DNA of 64,000 nucleotides from Fibrobacterota bacterium (GTDB taxonomy: Bacteria > Fibrobacterota > Chitinivibrionia > Chitinivibrionales > FEN-1185). The notes beneath the pieces are model-generated. The model searched no databases and was not told the DNA's origin. It saw only the letters and a list, made by a program, of their open reading frames with translations. The first letter of the stretch is position 1, and each line of letters opens with the position of its first letter. Positions 1-9,100 of the stretch are shown here, piece by piece. The stretch spans positions 11,341 to 75,340 of the forward strand of contig PLWQ01000019.1 of assembly GCA_003165595.1 (NCBI GenBank), read 5' to 3'. The position numbers and the translations under genes were made by a program.

Positions 1-2
1 AC

Positions 3-218
3 GCGCTCAAGGCCAATACGCCCGAATTCATGTATCAGCTCGCCCGCGGGTACGTAAAGACCGACCGGCTTGCCGATGCGATGCCGCTGCTCGAAAAAGC
101 GGAGAAACTCAGCCCGGATGACGAGAAAATCAAGAGCCTGTACAATTTCGTCTTGCAAAAGACCTCGAGCGGCGGCAAGACTCCGGCCGGGAAGCAGGAT
201 GCCAAAGCCGATTGGTGA
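3..218 (+). CDS. TPR-like repeat protein, C-terminal end (5' part lies outside the window)
   Basis: The frame is open from the window edge to the stop at 216-218. Helical-repeat text: YQLARGYVKTDRLADAMPLLEKAEKLSPDDEKIKSLY. Confidence 0.5.
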   Translation, partial: ALKANTPEFMYQLARGYVKTDRLADAMPLLEKAEKLSPDDEKIKSLYNFVLQKTSSGGKTPAGKQDAKADW

Positions 219-300
219 ACCCGACGGGAAAAGAACGGCGTAATGTGTTGACTAAAAGGATGCAGCACCCCCTGTCCGCGTCGGGCTCGCCGCGGGCCTC

Positions 301-1440
301 ATGAAGAACCCCGTCGCGGAAGCGCTTTTTCGCACGTGGTTTACCGGTGCGCTCTATTGCCTGGCGGCAGTGGGGTATGTTTTTTACGGACTGTTGTGGA
401 CATTTAGATTCATGCAAAAATTCAAAGTCCTTTTTCTTGCGGTCGTCGCGCCCGTGGTGCTTGCAATAGCGGCCGCGGCCTACCTCCTTATCCCTTTCCG
501 CGCTACAACCATCCCCGTTGAAATTGTGATCGGGAAGGGCACAACCATCCATGCCGTCGCCCGCAAGCTCAAGCAGGAGCGCGTGGTGCCTTCATCGCAC
601 GCGTTTGTCCTTTGGCTGGAGATGCTTGGGATAGACAAGAAAATGCAGGCGGGCCGGGTTTCGCTGTACCGGGGCGAAGGCATTATGTCCGCGTCCCGGA
701 AGCTGCTTCACGCCGAACCGATCGAAATCACGATGACCGTGCCCGAGGGGCTCACGCTGGAGCAGACCGCCGCAATAGTCGGTGCGACCTTCGGCATCGA
801 TTCGGCCGCGTTCCTGAGCGCCTGCGCCGATCAGGAAACGCTGCGCCGTCTCGGTATTCCCGCTCAGTCACCGGAAGGGTATTTGTTTCCCGACACCTAC
901 CGATTTCCGCCGGATGTCAAGGCATCCGACATTGTAATGCGCATGGTGAACCATGGCATAGAAATGTACGCCACACTCGTGCCCGATTCCTCGGTGCAGG
1001 GGTTTTCGAAGCAGGAAATCGTAACGCTTGCCTCAATCGTGGAGAAGGAGGCTACGCTCGCTTCGGAACGGCCGCTGGTGTCCGGAGTATTCCACAATCG
1101 TCTCACCAGGAAAATGGCGCTCGGCGCGGACCCCACCATACGGTATGCTCTGCGAAAGTTTTCGGGGCCGCTGCTTGAGTCCGATCTGGCAACCGAGACC
1201 CCGTACAACACCCGCCGCCACACGGGGCTTCCGCCGGGTCCCATATGCTCTCCGGGGCTTGCGTCGCTGCGAGCGGCGTTGTTTCCGGAAAAGACCAAGG
1301 AGCTTTACTTTGTGGCAAAGTGGGACGGCTCGGGCGCTCACGATTTTTCCATCACCAACAAAGAACATGAGAGAAAGAAGAACGAGATTCGTCGAATGAA
1401 CGAAATCAGGAAATCACAGGCTGCGCGGGAAAAGAAATAG
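301..1440 (+). CDS. mltG: Endolytic murein transglycosylase MltG (YceG family)
   Basis: N-terminal TM helix followed by YceG-type blocks PEGYLFPDTYRF, ASIVEKEA, SGVFHNRL, LGADPT and YNTRRHTGLPPGPICSPG. An internal Met at 412 is an alternative start. Confidence 0.9.
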   Translation: MKNPVAEALFRTWFTGALYCLAAVGYVFYGLLWTFRFMQKFKVLFLAVVAPVVLAIAAAAYLLIPFRATTIPVEIVIGKGTTIHAVARKLKQERVVPSSHAFVLWLEMLGIDKKMQAGRVSLYRGEGIMSASRKLLHAEPIEITMTVPEGLTLEQTAAIVGATFGIDSAAFLSACADQETLRRLGIPAQSPEGYLFPDTYRFPPDVKASDIVMRMVNHGIEMYATLVPDSSVQGFSKQEIVTLASIVEKEATLASERPLVSGVFHNRLTRKMALGADPTIRYALRKFSGPLLESDLATETPYNTRRHTGLPPGPICSPGLASLRAALFPEKTKELYFVAKWDGSGAHDFSITNKEHERKKNEIRRMNEIRKSQAAREKK

Positions 1441-1476
1441 ACGCGGCCGCTGCTGTCGACACATCAACACTGGAGC

Positions 1477-1983
1477 ATGATGACCTTCAAACCTTTCGCG
1501 ATGCTTGGCATTTTGTGCAGCCTTGCCTTTGGACAATTTCCTCCCCCGATAATGGAAGAAACTGCACCCTTTGATTCTTCCGACATTATTGCGGATCAGC
1601 TGCTGAAGTCCAAGGTGCCCGTGCTCATCGATTTCTGGGCAACCTGGTGCATGCCGTGCAGGATGCTCGGGCCTACGGTGGAAGACCTCAAGAAGAAGTA
1701 CGCGGGCAAGATACGCGTGATGAAAATAAACGTGGATGTCAACAGGAAAATCTCCTCCTATTTCCGGGTGTCGGCGATTCCGGCCGTTTTTCTCGTCAAG
1801 GACAAAGCCGTCATGCTGTACCTGCAGGGGTTACGGCCCAAGGAAGATTACGAATCCGCGATCAAGCAGGTTCTGGAAATGAAACCGGCGCCTGCGGACA
1901 GCACGCTGCAAAAGCAGCAGCGCACCCCGGGAAGCGATAACGTCGCAAATGAGGGCCGCAAAAGTAAAGAACCGCGGCCCTAG
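1477..1983 (+). CDS. Exported thioredoxin-family protein
   Basis: Signal peptide MMTFKPFAMLGILCSLAFG, a thioredoxin fold with active site WATWCMPC, and a cis-Pro region IPAVFL. The C-terminal tail is K/P-rich. Confidence 0.85.
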   Translation: MMTFKPFAMLGILCSLAFGQFPPPIMEETAPFDSSDIIADQLLKSKVPVLIDFWATWCMPCRMLGPTVEDLKKKYAGKIRVMKINVDVNRKISSYFRVSAIPAVFLVKDKAVMLYLQGLRPKEDYESAIKQVLEMKPAPADSTLQKQQRTPGSDNVANEGRKSKEPRP

Positions 1984-1990
1984 GCCGCGG
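1972..1990 (+). terminator. Possible hairpin terminator overlapping the thioredoxin stop codon
   Basis: Perfect 8-bp stem CCGCGGCC-CTA-GGCCGCGG followed by CTTTGA. The U-tract is weak. Confidence 0.3.
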
Positions 1991-2096
1991 CTTTGATGGA
2001 AAGACGGAATACGCTGCGTGCTCACCAGGAACCCGGAGACGCGCCAGTGCCGGAAAAGTCGGGAACGGCTGTGCCGCTTGCACGTCTCCTTGCCGT

Positions 2097-3377
2097 ATGA
2101 TGGCTCTCCCCGAACTCCTTGCCCCTGCCGCGACCGTCCAATGCGCGCGCGCGGCCTTCGATCACGGCGCGGACGCCGTGTACATAGGCGTGGGTCCGCA
2201 TAACCTCCGCGCCCGCTCAAAGAACGCCACGCCGGACGAACTCCAGGGCCTTCTCGAGTTCGCGCTTGAAAAGAAACGAAGGGTGTACGTCGCCCTCAAC
2301 ACCATGCCCGGCGACGATGCACTGCCCGGCATCGAATCCCTGATTGTTTCGCTTGTAAAACGGAAGATCGCGCCCCACGCGTTTATCGTGAGCGATCCGG
2401 GCGTTATTTCCCTGTGCCGCACGCATGCCGCGTCGGTGGCGCTTCACCTGAGCACGCAGACCGGAACCTTCAACGGCGCCGCCGCGGCCTTCTGGGCGCG
2501 CCAGGGAATCGGCCGCATCGTGCTTCCACGCGAACTCGCGCTGGGCCAGGTTCGGGCGCTGTGCAGCGGTTCACAAACGGAAATGGAAGTGTTTGTTCAC
2601 GGCGCCATGTGCGTGTCGATCTCCGGCAGATGCCTGCTCGGCGTTTACACGGCGAAACGGCATCCCAACCAGGGCGACTGCCCTCAGCCGTGCCGCTTGC
2701 GCTACCGCGTGTCGCCTCTGTACGACAACGAGACCGAAAGCGGGGAATGGTACACCGTCGAGGAAGACGAGGCCGAGTCCGGCACGCCGGTGCGGGCGTT
2801 TGTGTTCAACTCCAAAGACCTGTGCTGTTTGCCCATTCTCGACCGCATCGTTCGCGCCGGCGTTGCGTCTGTAAAGATTGAAGGCCGCAACCGGAGCATG
2901 CATTATGTTTCGTCTGTTGTCAAGGTGTACCGGGCGGCGCTCGACAGCCTTGCGCAGGGCGGCGAGTATGCGGTGAAACAGGAATGGCGGGAGGAACTCG
3001 ACAGGCTCGATCACCGGCCCTACACCACCGGTTTTTACGCGGGCGAGTACCTGCTGCAGGATGTGGAGGACAGCCGGCCCCTGCCCGCCGTGCGGATTGT
3101 GGGCCTCGTGCGGGAAATTGTCGCCGGGAGGACCGCGGTTGTCGACGTCAGGAATCCCTTTAACAAAGGGGATCGGCTCAATGTGCTGCCCGTTCGGAAG
3201 GAAAGAATGCCCTACGAGGCGACAATCCGGGAAATACGGGACACGCAGGGGCGCCCTGTAGAACGGGCGCTCACCAACAGAATCGTGATTGTGGATGCGG
3301 AGGAGGGGACGGAGCTGGCGGCGGGAGATCTGCTGCGGAAGTGCGAGGGGACCGGAAAGCCGTTACGCGCGCAGTGA
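2097..3377 (+). CDS. Peptidase U32 family protein (collagenase-like / YhbU-type)
   Basis: U32 signature EVFVHGAMCVSISGRCLL and an N-terminal TIM-like block GADAVYIGV. The 3' end overlaps convergent rlmN by 15 bp. Confidence 0.85.
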   Translation: MMALPELLAPAATVQCARAAFDHGADAVYIGVGPHNLRARSKNATPDELQGLLEFALEKKRRVYVALNTMPGDDALPGIESLIVSLVKRKIAPHAFIVSDPGVISLCRTHAASVALHLSTQTGTFNGAAAAFWARQGIGRIVLPRELALGQVRALCSGSQTEMEVFVHGAMCVSISGRCLLGVYTAKRHPNQGDCPQPCRLRYRVSPLYDNETESGEWYTVEEDEAESGTPVRAFVFNSKDLCCLPILDRIVRAGVASVKIEGRNRSMHYVSSVVKVYRAALDSLAQGGEYAVKQEWREELDRLDHRPYTTGFYAGEYLLQDVEDSRPLPAVRIVGLVREIVAGRTAVVDVRNPFNKGDRLNVLPVRKERMPYEATIREIRDTQGRPVERALTNRIVIVDAEEGTELAAGDLLRKCEGTGKPLRAQ

Positions 3378-4337
3378 TGCCCGCAGTTGCCCGCAGGCTG
3401 CCCGTATGCCGAGTCCTTGAGATTGACGCACACGCACAAACAGTTTTTCCCTCACGAGCCGGTCGCGGAAGCGCTTCACCTGATCCATTTCCGGCGGGCC
3501 AAAGGGCAGCGAATCGTTCCCGTTGCAGGCGATGAGATTCACGCGGACCGGGAGTCCGGCCAGAAACTCCGCAAGGGAAGCGGCCATTTCCACGGAATCA
3601 TTGACTCCTGCGATAAGAACATATTCCACAAAGAACAGACCGCCTTTGCCGAGAGGAAAAGATTGTAAGGCTTTTCGGAGAGCCCGTAGCGGGTATTTCC
3701 TGTTGAGGGGCATAATTTCGCTGCGGACTGCGTCGGTCGGGGCGTTGAGCGAAAGCGCCAGACGCACCTTCGGCATTCCCGGGGCGGCAAGCCTGTTGAT
3801 CCCTTCAACATGGCCGGCAGTGGAAATGGTTATGCGGCTCTGGGGGATGTTGAGTCCGCGCTGGTCGCAGAGGACCCGCACCGCCTGGATCACATTGTCG
3901 AAATTGTCAAGCGGCTCGCCCATGCCCATGAATACGATGTTGTCGATTGCGTGCCGCAGTTCAAAACGGGCGGCAAACGCCTGCCACACGATTTCTTCGG
4001 CGGTGCAGTTGCGCACGAATCCGCCAACGCCGGTTGCGCAGAACGCACACCCCATCCTGCAGCCGACTTGAGACGAAACGCACAACGTTGTCCGGCCTTT
4101 ACCCGGAATTATCACCGATTCAATGATAGTGCCGTCGGCAAGGCGGGAGGCAAATTTAAGCACGTCGGCATCTTCTTGCGCGACTATTTTGCAGTCGGGC
4201 AGTTGCAGGTCGGGCAGGGCTTCAGGAACGGTTCCGTTCTTGAAGAAGTTGCGGTACAGGGCCGCGGCTGAACCGGTTCCATGCTGCATCTTGACTGAAG
4301 CGGAAAAGTCCGGGAATGTCTGCGCGAGAATGTTCAT
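3363..4337 (-). CDS. rlmN: 23S rRNA/tRNA adenine-C2 methyltransferase RlmN (radical SAM)
   Basis: Radical-SAM cluster motif CVSSQVGCRMGCAFCATG, FMGMGEPLDN, and the C-terminal catalytic Cys region IRAACGQL. Confidence 0.9.
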   Translation of the reverse strand: MNILAQTFPDFSASVKMQHGTGSAAALYRNFFKNGTVPEALPDLQLPDCKIVAQEDADVLKFASRLADGTIIESVIIPGKGRTTLCVSSQVGCRMGCAFCATGVGGFVRNCTAEEIVWQAFAARFELRHAIDNIVFMGMGEPLDNFDNVIQAVRVLCDQRGLNIPQSRITISTAGHVEGINRLAAPGMPKVRLALSLNAPTDAVRSEIMPLNRKYPLRALRKALQSFPLGKGGLFFVEYVLIAGVNDSVEMAASLAEFLAGLPVRVNLIACNGNDSLPFGPPEMDQVKRFRDRLVREKLFVRVRQSQGLGIRAACGQLRASLRA

Positions 4338-4707
4338 GGAGAAACCAGGAAAAGGCCTTCATCGACTTTGTGGCTGCGGTCGGAAAAGCCTGCATCGTTA
4401 CTGAACTGCCCTTTGTTTCTGCTTTTCACGTGCGTGAAGCTTCTGAGTAGTATGAAACCATAATCATACGAATATACTACCGATACGACATGCGGTGTTT
4501 CCGCATTTGTTGTGGCCAATGTCCGCAGTGTGCCACTGCCGCCCCGGCAGTGCGGTTGACCGTTGTTTACGGACTCAACTGCCATCATGGGAGCAGGCCT
4601 CCGCATGTTCAGAGTCAGGAGGGTCGCCCCCCGGCACCCCCGACCAGGGAGGCCTCTGCAGCGAGGCCCCCCTGGACCTCCGCGCCGCGCCTGCAGTGCC
4701 GGCTTGT

Positions 4708-4813
4708 CCAACAGCCTCCGGGCCGCTTGTGAACTCACCCGGCAGGACAATCGCAAAATCTGAACAAGATGCCGGGCTCGGACAGCACAAGCGGCCAATC
4801 CGGAGGCTGTTGG
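4708..4813. other. Extended nested hairpin in an ORF-free GC-rich block
   Basis: CCAACAGCCTCCGGGCCGCTTGTG (4708-4731) is the near-perfect inverted complement of CACAAGCGGCCAATCCGGAGGCTGTTGG (4786-4813). An inner stem pairs CCCGGCA (4738-4744) with TGCCGGG (4770-4776). Confidence 0.5.
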
Positions 4814-4864
4814 GCCGTCGCTGATGGCGGTAGACAAAAGAAAACATAAGAACGAACCCGCGAA

Positions 4865-5040
4865 AGCCATGATTGACGAATGGCAAACACACTTTTGCGC
4901 CGCGCCAGGCTGGACCGGCAGGTGCGCCAGAGCGCAGGGCCGGCCGACCCGCGCCATAGGCGCAGAGGGCGGTCCGGCACCGAGGTCCTAGGCCGAGCCT
5001 ATAGGGAGAGCCGCCGCCGCGCAGCAGCGGGGCGCCCACG
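4865..5040 (-). repeat. GC-rich dispersed structured element, copy 1 (reads on the minus strand)
   Basis: The reverse complement is colinear with 41334-41510. Shared blocks: GGGCGCCCCGC, GCGGCGGCTCTCC, GCTCGGCC, CCTCGGTGCCG, GGCCCTGCGCTC, GCGCAC and GTCCAGCCTGGCGC. Confidence 0.75.
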
Positions 5041-5104
5041 TCTTCCACTTGATATTGCAGCGGGGCGCCCATGTCTTCCACTTAATACTAGCGCGGGGCG
5101 CCCA
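5027..5104. repeat. 33-bp tandem repeat, about 2.4 copies
   Basis: The unit GCGGGGCGCCCA starts at 5027, 5060 and 5093. The first two units are near-identical over 33 bp, and each carries the palindrome GGGCGCCC. Confidence 0.9.
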
Positions 5105-5151
5105 AAACAAATGGCTAACAAAATTGTGGCAAAGACAAATGTAACAGTCTG

Positions 5152-5180
5152 TTGACTTGAAGAGTATGGAAGGATATATT
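5152..5180 (+). promoter_or_regulatory. Sigma70-type promoter for the NYN-like gene
   Basis: TTGACT (5152-5157), a 17-bp spacer, then TATATT (5175-5180), about 140 bp upstream of the ATG at 5319. Confidence 0.55.
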
Positions 5181-5318
5181 TAGACTGCGATGTTGTTCGA
5201 ATTCCTCCCTGCGCAAATCCCGGCCTTCGCACAACCAACCCATACAAATGGCTTTGTCGCAAACGGTTAGAAGTGCGGCGAGGCGTCAACCAACTCTGTT
5301 CCTGATGGAAAGGATCTT

Positions 5319-5951
5319 ATGAAGAAGAATATCATCCTGATCGATTATGAGAATGTTCAGAAGCACGATCTGAGGCCGCTGCTCGATCAAGACGTTCTGA
5401 TAAAGGTTTTTCACAGCGAAAACCAGAAGTTCACGAGTGAGTTTACCAGGCTTGCCCTGGAATTCGGCAAGGAGAAATTTGAGCTGGTTGGAATCAAGGG
5501 GCAGGGCAAGAACGCGGCCGATTTTCACATCGCGTACTTTATCGGGAAGCTTTCAAAAGAGATCCCGGATTCGCTCTTCCACATAATTTCAAGAGACACG
5601 GGGTTCAAGGTACTGGCGGATTTTTTGAATCAGGTGCAAGGCACCCCCTGTAGGGTAGTGCCGTCCATTGCAGACATTCCGCTTCTCAAGCCGGCTGCGC
5701 CCGCGGCGAAACCGGTTTCGCCTGCGCCCAGGCCCGTCGTGGCAAAGTCGGGTGAGGACTGGTATGCGCTGGTCAAAGGAAAATTGACCAATGCAAGAGG
5801 CCACAAACCCAAGAACAAGAAAACCCTGCGGAACCAGATCATCAGCATTTGCAAAAGAAAGATAAGCGAATCTGAGGCGGATGCGATTATACAGGCGCTT
5901 GTAGAGAATAAGGTGATAGAATGCAGGAATGAAGTGATAATTTACAAGTAG
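5319..5951 (+). CDS. NYN/PIN-like (LabA-type) putative ribonuclease with a short C-terminal helical domain
   Basis: NYN-like acidic motifs IILIDYENV, GKNAADFHIAY and IISRDTGF. A P/A-rich linker precedes a C-terminal module of about 65 aa. The RBS AAAGGA lies upstream, and the gene sits in a low-GC islet. Confidence 0.6.
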   Translation: MKKNIILIDYENVQKHDLRPLLDQDVLIKVFHSENQKFTSEFTRLALEFGKEKFELVGIKGQGKNAADFHIAYFIGKLSKEIPDSLFHIISRDTGFKVLADFLNQVQGTPCRVVPSIADIPLLKPAAPAAKPVSPAPRPVVAKSGEDWYALVKGKLTNARGHKPKNKKTLRNQIISICKRKISESEADAIIQALVENKVIECRNEVIIYK

Positions 5952-6040
5952 GATGGTAAATTCGGGGGAATACATCCGGGATATGAATAGAGATTGAGGG
6001 GACCTCTAAATGTTCAAAAACGCGTTTTGTCATTGCGAGC

Positions 6041-6076
6041 AAAACGAACCAGGGGACAAGGCTTTGTATCACCCCT
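6041..6076 (-). terminator. Possible terminator of the minus-strand lipoprotein operon
   Basis: On the minus strand, an AGGGG...CCCCT hairpin with an inner ACAA/TTGT stem is followed by GGTTCGTTTTGC. Confidence 0.3.
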
Positions 6077-6118
6077 GTAAGCGGTGGAATAAAGATGGGG
6101 CCGAGTCCGCGGCGGCGT

Positions 6119-9100
6119 TTACCGGGGCAAAACGACACGAAACCCGTAGTCGTAGGTCCTCTTGGTCGGGGTGTCGACGCCGCGGAACGCTGAACGGTAG
6201 ATAACGAAGCCGACTTTGTCATCAAACCACGAGCCTCCACGCACAATACGGGAGCTTCCCGAAGTCGCCCCCGTCGGATTGGTTGCCGGCGGTGCGGCAT
6301 AAGGCCCGAGCCAGTCGTTGCACCACTGCCAGACATCACCGGTCATGTCGTAAAGCCCCCATGCATTTGCCAGTTTTGTCGCGACCGGCTGAGTAAGGTT
6401 GGGGCTATTGGAATACGTCCATGCGCGGGCGTCTATGCCGGTGGTGTCGGGTCCCCACCAATACTCTGTGGCGGAGCCTGCGCGACAGGCGTATTCCCAT
6501 TGGGCCTCGGTTGGCAAACGGTATCCGTCTTTGGTAAAATCGGCCGCCCCTGTGTTGGTATTGTAAACGGTATCCAAACCAGTAAGTTTACTTAAGGCAT
6601 TGCAGAATTGAATTGCGTCGTACCAGGTTACCTGCTCAACCGGCTTTAGAAGGTTGCCTGTGTAATATGCCGGATTCGTTCCCATCACCGCCTGGTACTG
6701 TTCTTGCGTTACATCCGTCTCCTGCATTGCAAAAGCACTCAAAGTGACCTGATGCGGCGGTGCCGCCTCATAATCGTCGGAACTGTCTGATCCCATGACA
6801 AACATGCCGGCCGGGATATTCTTCATTACAATTGGCCTTTGCAGCCCGGACAGCGCTGGCGGATTGGCATTGGTATTCTTGACGCATCGGACACTGTACC
6901 CGTCAATAAAGTTGCTGGCGTTGCGGGTTGCTGCCGCGGACCTGCAGTTCATGTTGCAGCTCCATGGGCTGGTTATATTATACACCGTTGACGACCACCA
7001 ATCTCCGTCGTTGTAAACGCCGTAGTATGTCCCGTCGATGCTGCGGGTACCGCAGGGAAGCGCCGTAAAACCGGTTGAATTCGTGGCGCCGACGTTCGGG
7101 GAGGCAAAATCCGCCGTACCGGCTTCTTTGAGCGGGCCGCCGGCCACACTCTCCCCGCCAAGGAATGTTGTGAGCGTGATCCAATCGGAGTCGGTGGGCA
7201 CATGCCAGCCTTTTGGGGCAAGTTTGCCGGTGCTTACGGCATACCCATTGTATAACGCTCCATAAATATTGGTGGGGATCTGGGTCCTTTTTGAAAGGCC
7301 TGCTGGCGTCTCATTCTCGTACCAGCAATACCCCGGCGTTGTTAATGCGGCCCAGGCAGCGTTGTCCGTTACCAACGGTATTGGAGCCCCATCGTTGTAT
7401 TTTCTGGTCTTAAGATTCTGCACCGTCCAAACCTGCGTCCCTATGGTAACAGCGTCGTACACGTTCCCGTCCGTATCGGTTACCGCGCCGGTGGAAATGA
7501 CGGTGACCAGCGCGCCGTTGCTTGTTGCATTCGGTAAATTACCGTTCGATACCCTCACCGTATATGTTCCCGCATTGGTTGTCTGGACGCTTAGTATCGA
7601 ATAGCTCGATGAAGTCGCTCCGGAAATTGCGTTACCCCCCAGGAACCATTGATAGGAAAGGGGAGAAGCGCCCGTCGCCGTCACGCTTAGTGTCATGCTC
7701 CTGCCGGCCGGTACGGCCTGTGATTGCGGTTGCAGAGTGATTGTCGGCGCCGTTGCTGTTGCTTGCGGCGTCGCGGTAGCCACCGCGCTCAATCCCGATT
7801 CCCCCGCCGCGTTCACCGCCGAAACCGCGAACGCGTACTGTGTGCCATTTGTCAAAGTCGTCACCTGTTTGGGTGACGTCACTCCGGTCACTTTCGTCCC
7901 GGTCGTCTTGTCTACCGTTGTCCCTGCCTTGTAGTACAGATTGTACGATGTCGCGCCGCTTACCGTGTTCCAGCTTATGGTCACACCGGCGCCGGCGGCG
8001 ACCGCGGAATCCATCACGGGCGCGGAGGGGGAAGTGGGATTGGTATTCTTGACGCATCGGACACTATAACCCCAGGTGTAGTAGGCTGTGGGGACAGAGT
8101 CATTCAATACATACTCAAATATGTAGCTCACAACAAGCCTCCACAAGCCCGATGTACTGTTCCGCGCTGAAGACCACCAGTAGCCGCCGGAATCAACGTT
8201 GCTGAAGCTGCCGTTGCCGAAACGATAACCGCCCCCAAGCGCCGAAAAGCCGCTGGTATTGCTGGCAGCTATATTGGGAGGAGCCCAATGCGCCGTACCG
8301 GTTTCTTTGAGCGGCCCTCCGGCTGCGTTCAGGCCGCCAACGAAAGCGGTCAATACGAGCCATTCTGAATCCGTGGGCACGTGCCAGCCTTTGGGAGCAA
8401 GCTTTCCTGTTTGAACGACATAGCCATTGTATAATGCGCCGAAAGAATTTCCATATGTTGCCGAATCGTCATACCAGCAATATCCGCCCGCCGCAAGATT
8501 GCTCCACGCGACATTGGCAGTTACCAACGGTATTGGTGAACCGTCATTATATCTCGTAGTTTTCAAGTTCTCTTTCATCCATATTTGCGTTCCGATAGTA
8601 ACGGTTTGATACACATTTCCATCGGTATCGGTGACCGTACCGGTGTCGCCTCCCGCCTGGGGCGTCGCGGTCAGCACCGCACTCAATACCGATTCTCCCG
8701 ACGCATTCACCGCCGAAACCGCGAACGCGTACTGTGTGCCGTTTGTCAATCCTGTCACTTGCTTTGGAGAGGTCACTCCCGCGAGCTTCGTAGCGGTTGT
8801 TAGGGGAACGGTTGTTCCGGCGGCGTAATAAAGATTGTATGAAGATGCGCCGCTTACGGTGTTCCAACTCACCGTCACGCTGCCGTCTCCTGCCGTTGCG
8901 TTTGAAATTGCGGGAGCGGAAGGAATGACCAATGCCGCCTGCGGAATCGTGGTCTGCACCACGCTCAATTTCGACTCGCCGGCGCCGTTCACCGTGGACA
9001 CCGCGAACGCATACGTCGTGCCGTTTGTCAATCCAATCACCAGCTTTGGAGAATTCACTCCCGAAAGCTTAATTGCGCTCGCGATATCAATGGTTGTTCC

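Noticed and set aside
5027-5104. Possible CRISPR array
   Set aside because: The units abut directly with no unique spacers, there are only about 2.4 copies, and no cas genes lie in the window. This is a plain tandem repeat.
4334-5155. Several 60-207-aa ORFs in all frames of the GC-rich block upstream of rlmN
   Set aside because: They overlap one another, are Arg/Pro/Gly/Ala-rich, and lack RBSs. The apparent peptide repeat VEDMGAPL is simply the translation of the 33-bp DNA repeat. The homologous copy at 41334-41510 has indels that break every frame.
5185-5215. tRNA/tmRNA-like T-loop (GTTCGAATTCC)
   Set aside because: The flanking bases do not form a T stem or an acceptor stem, and no cloverleaf could be built on either strand.
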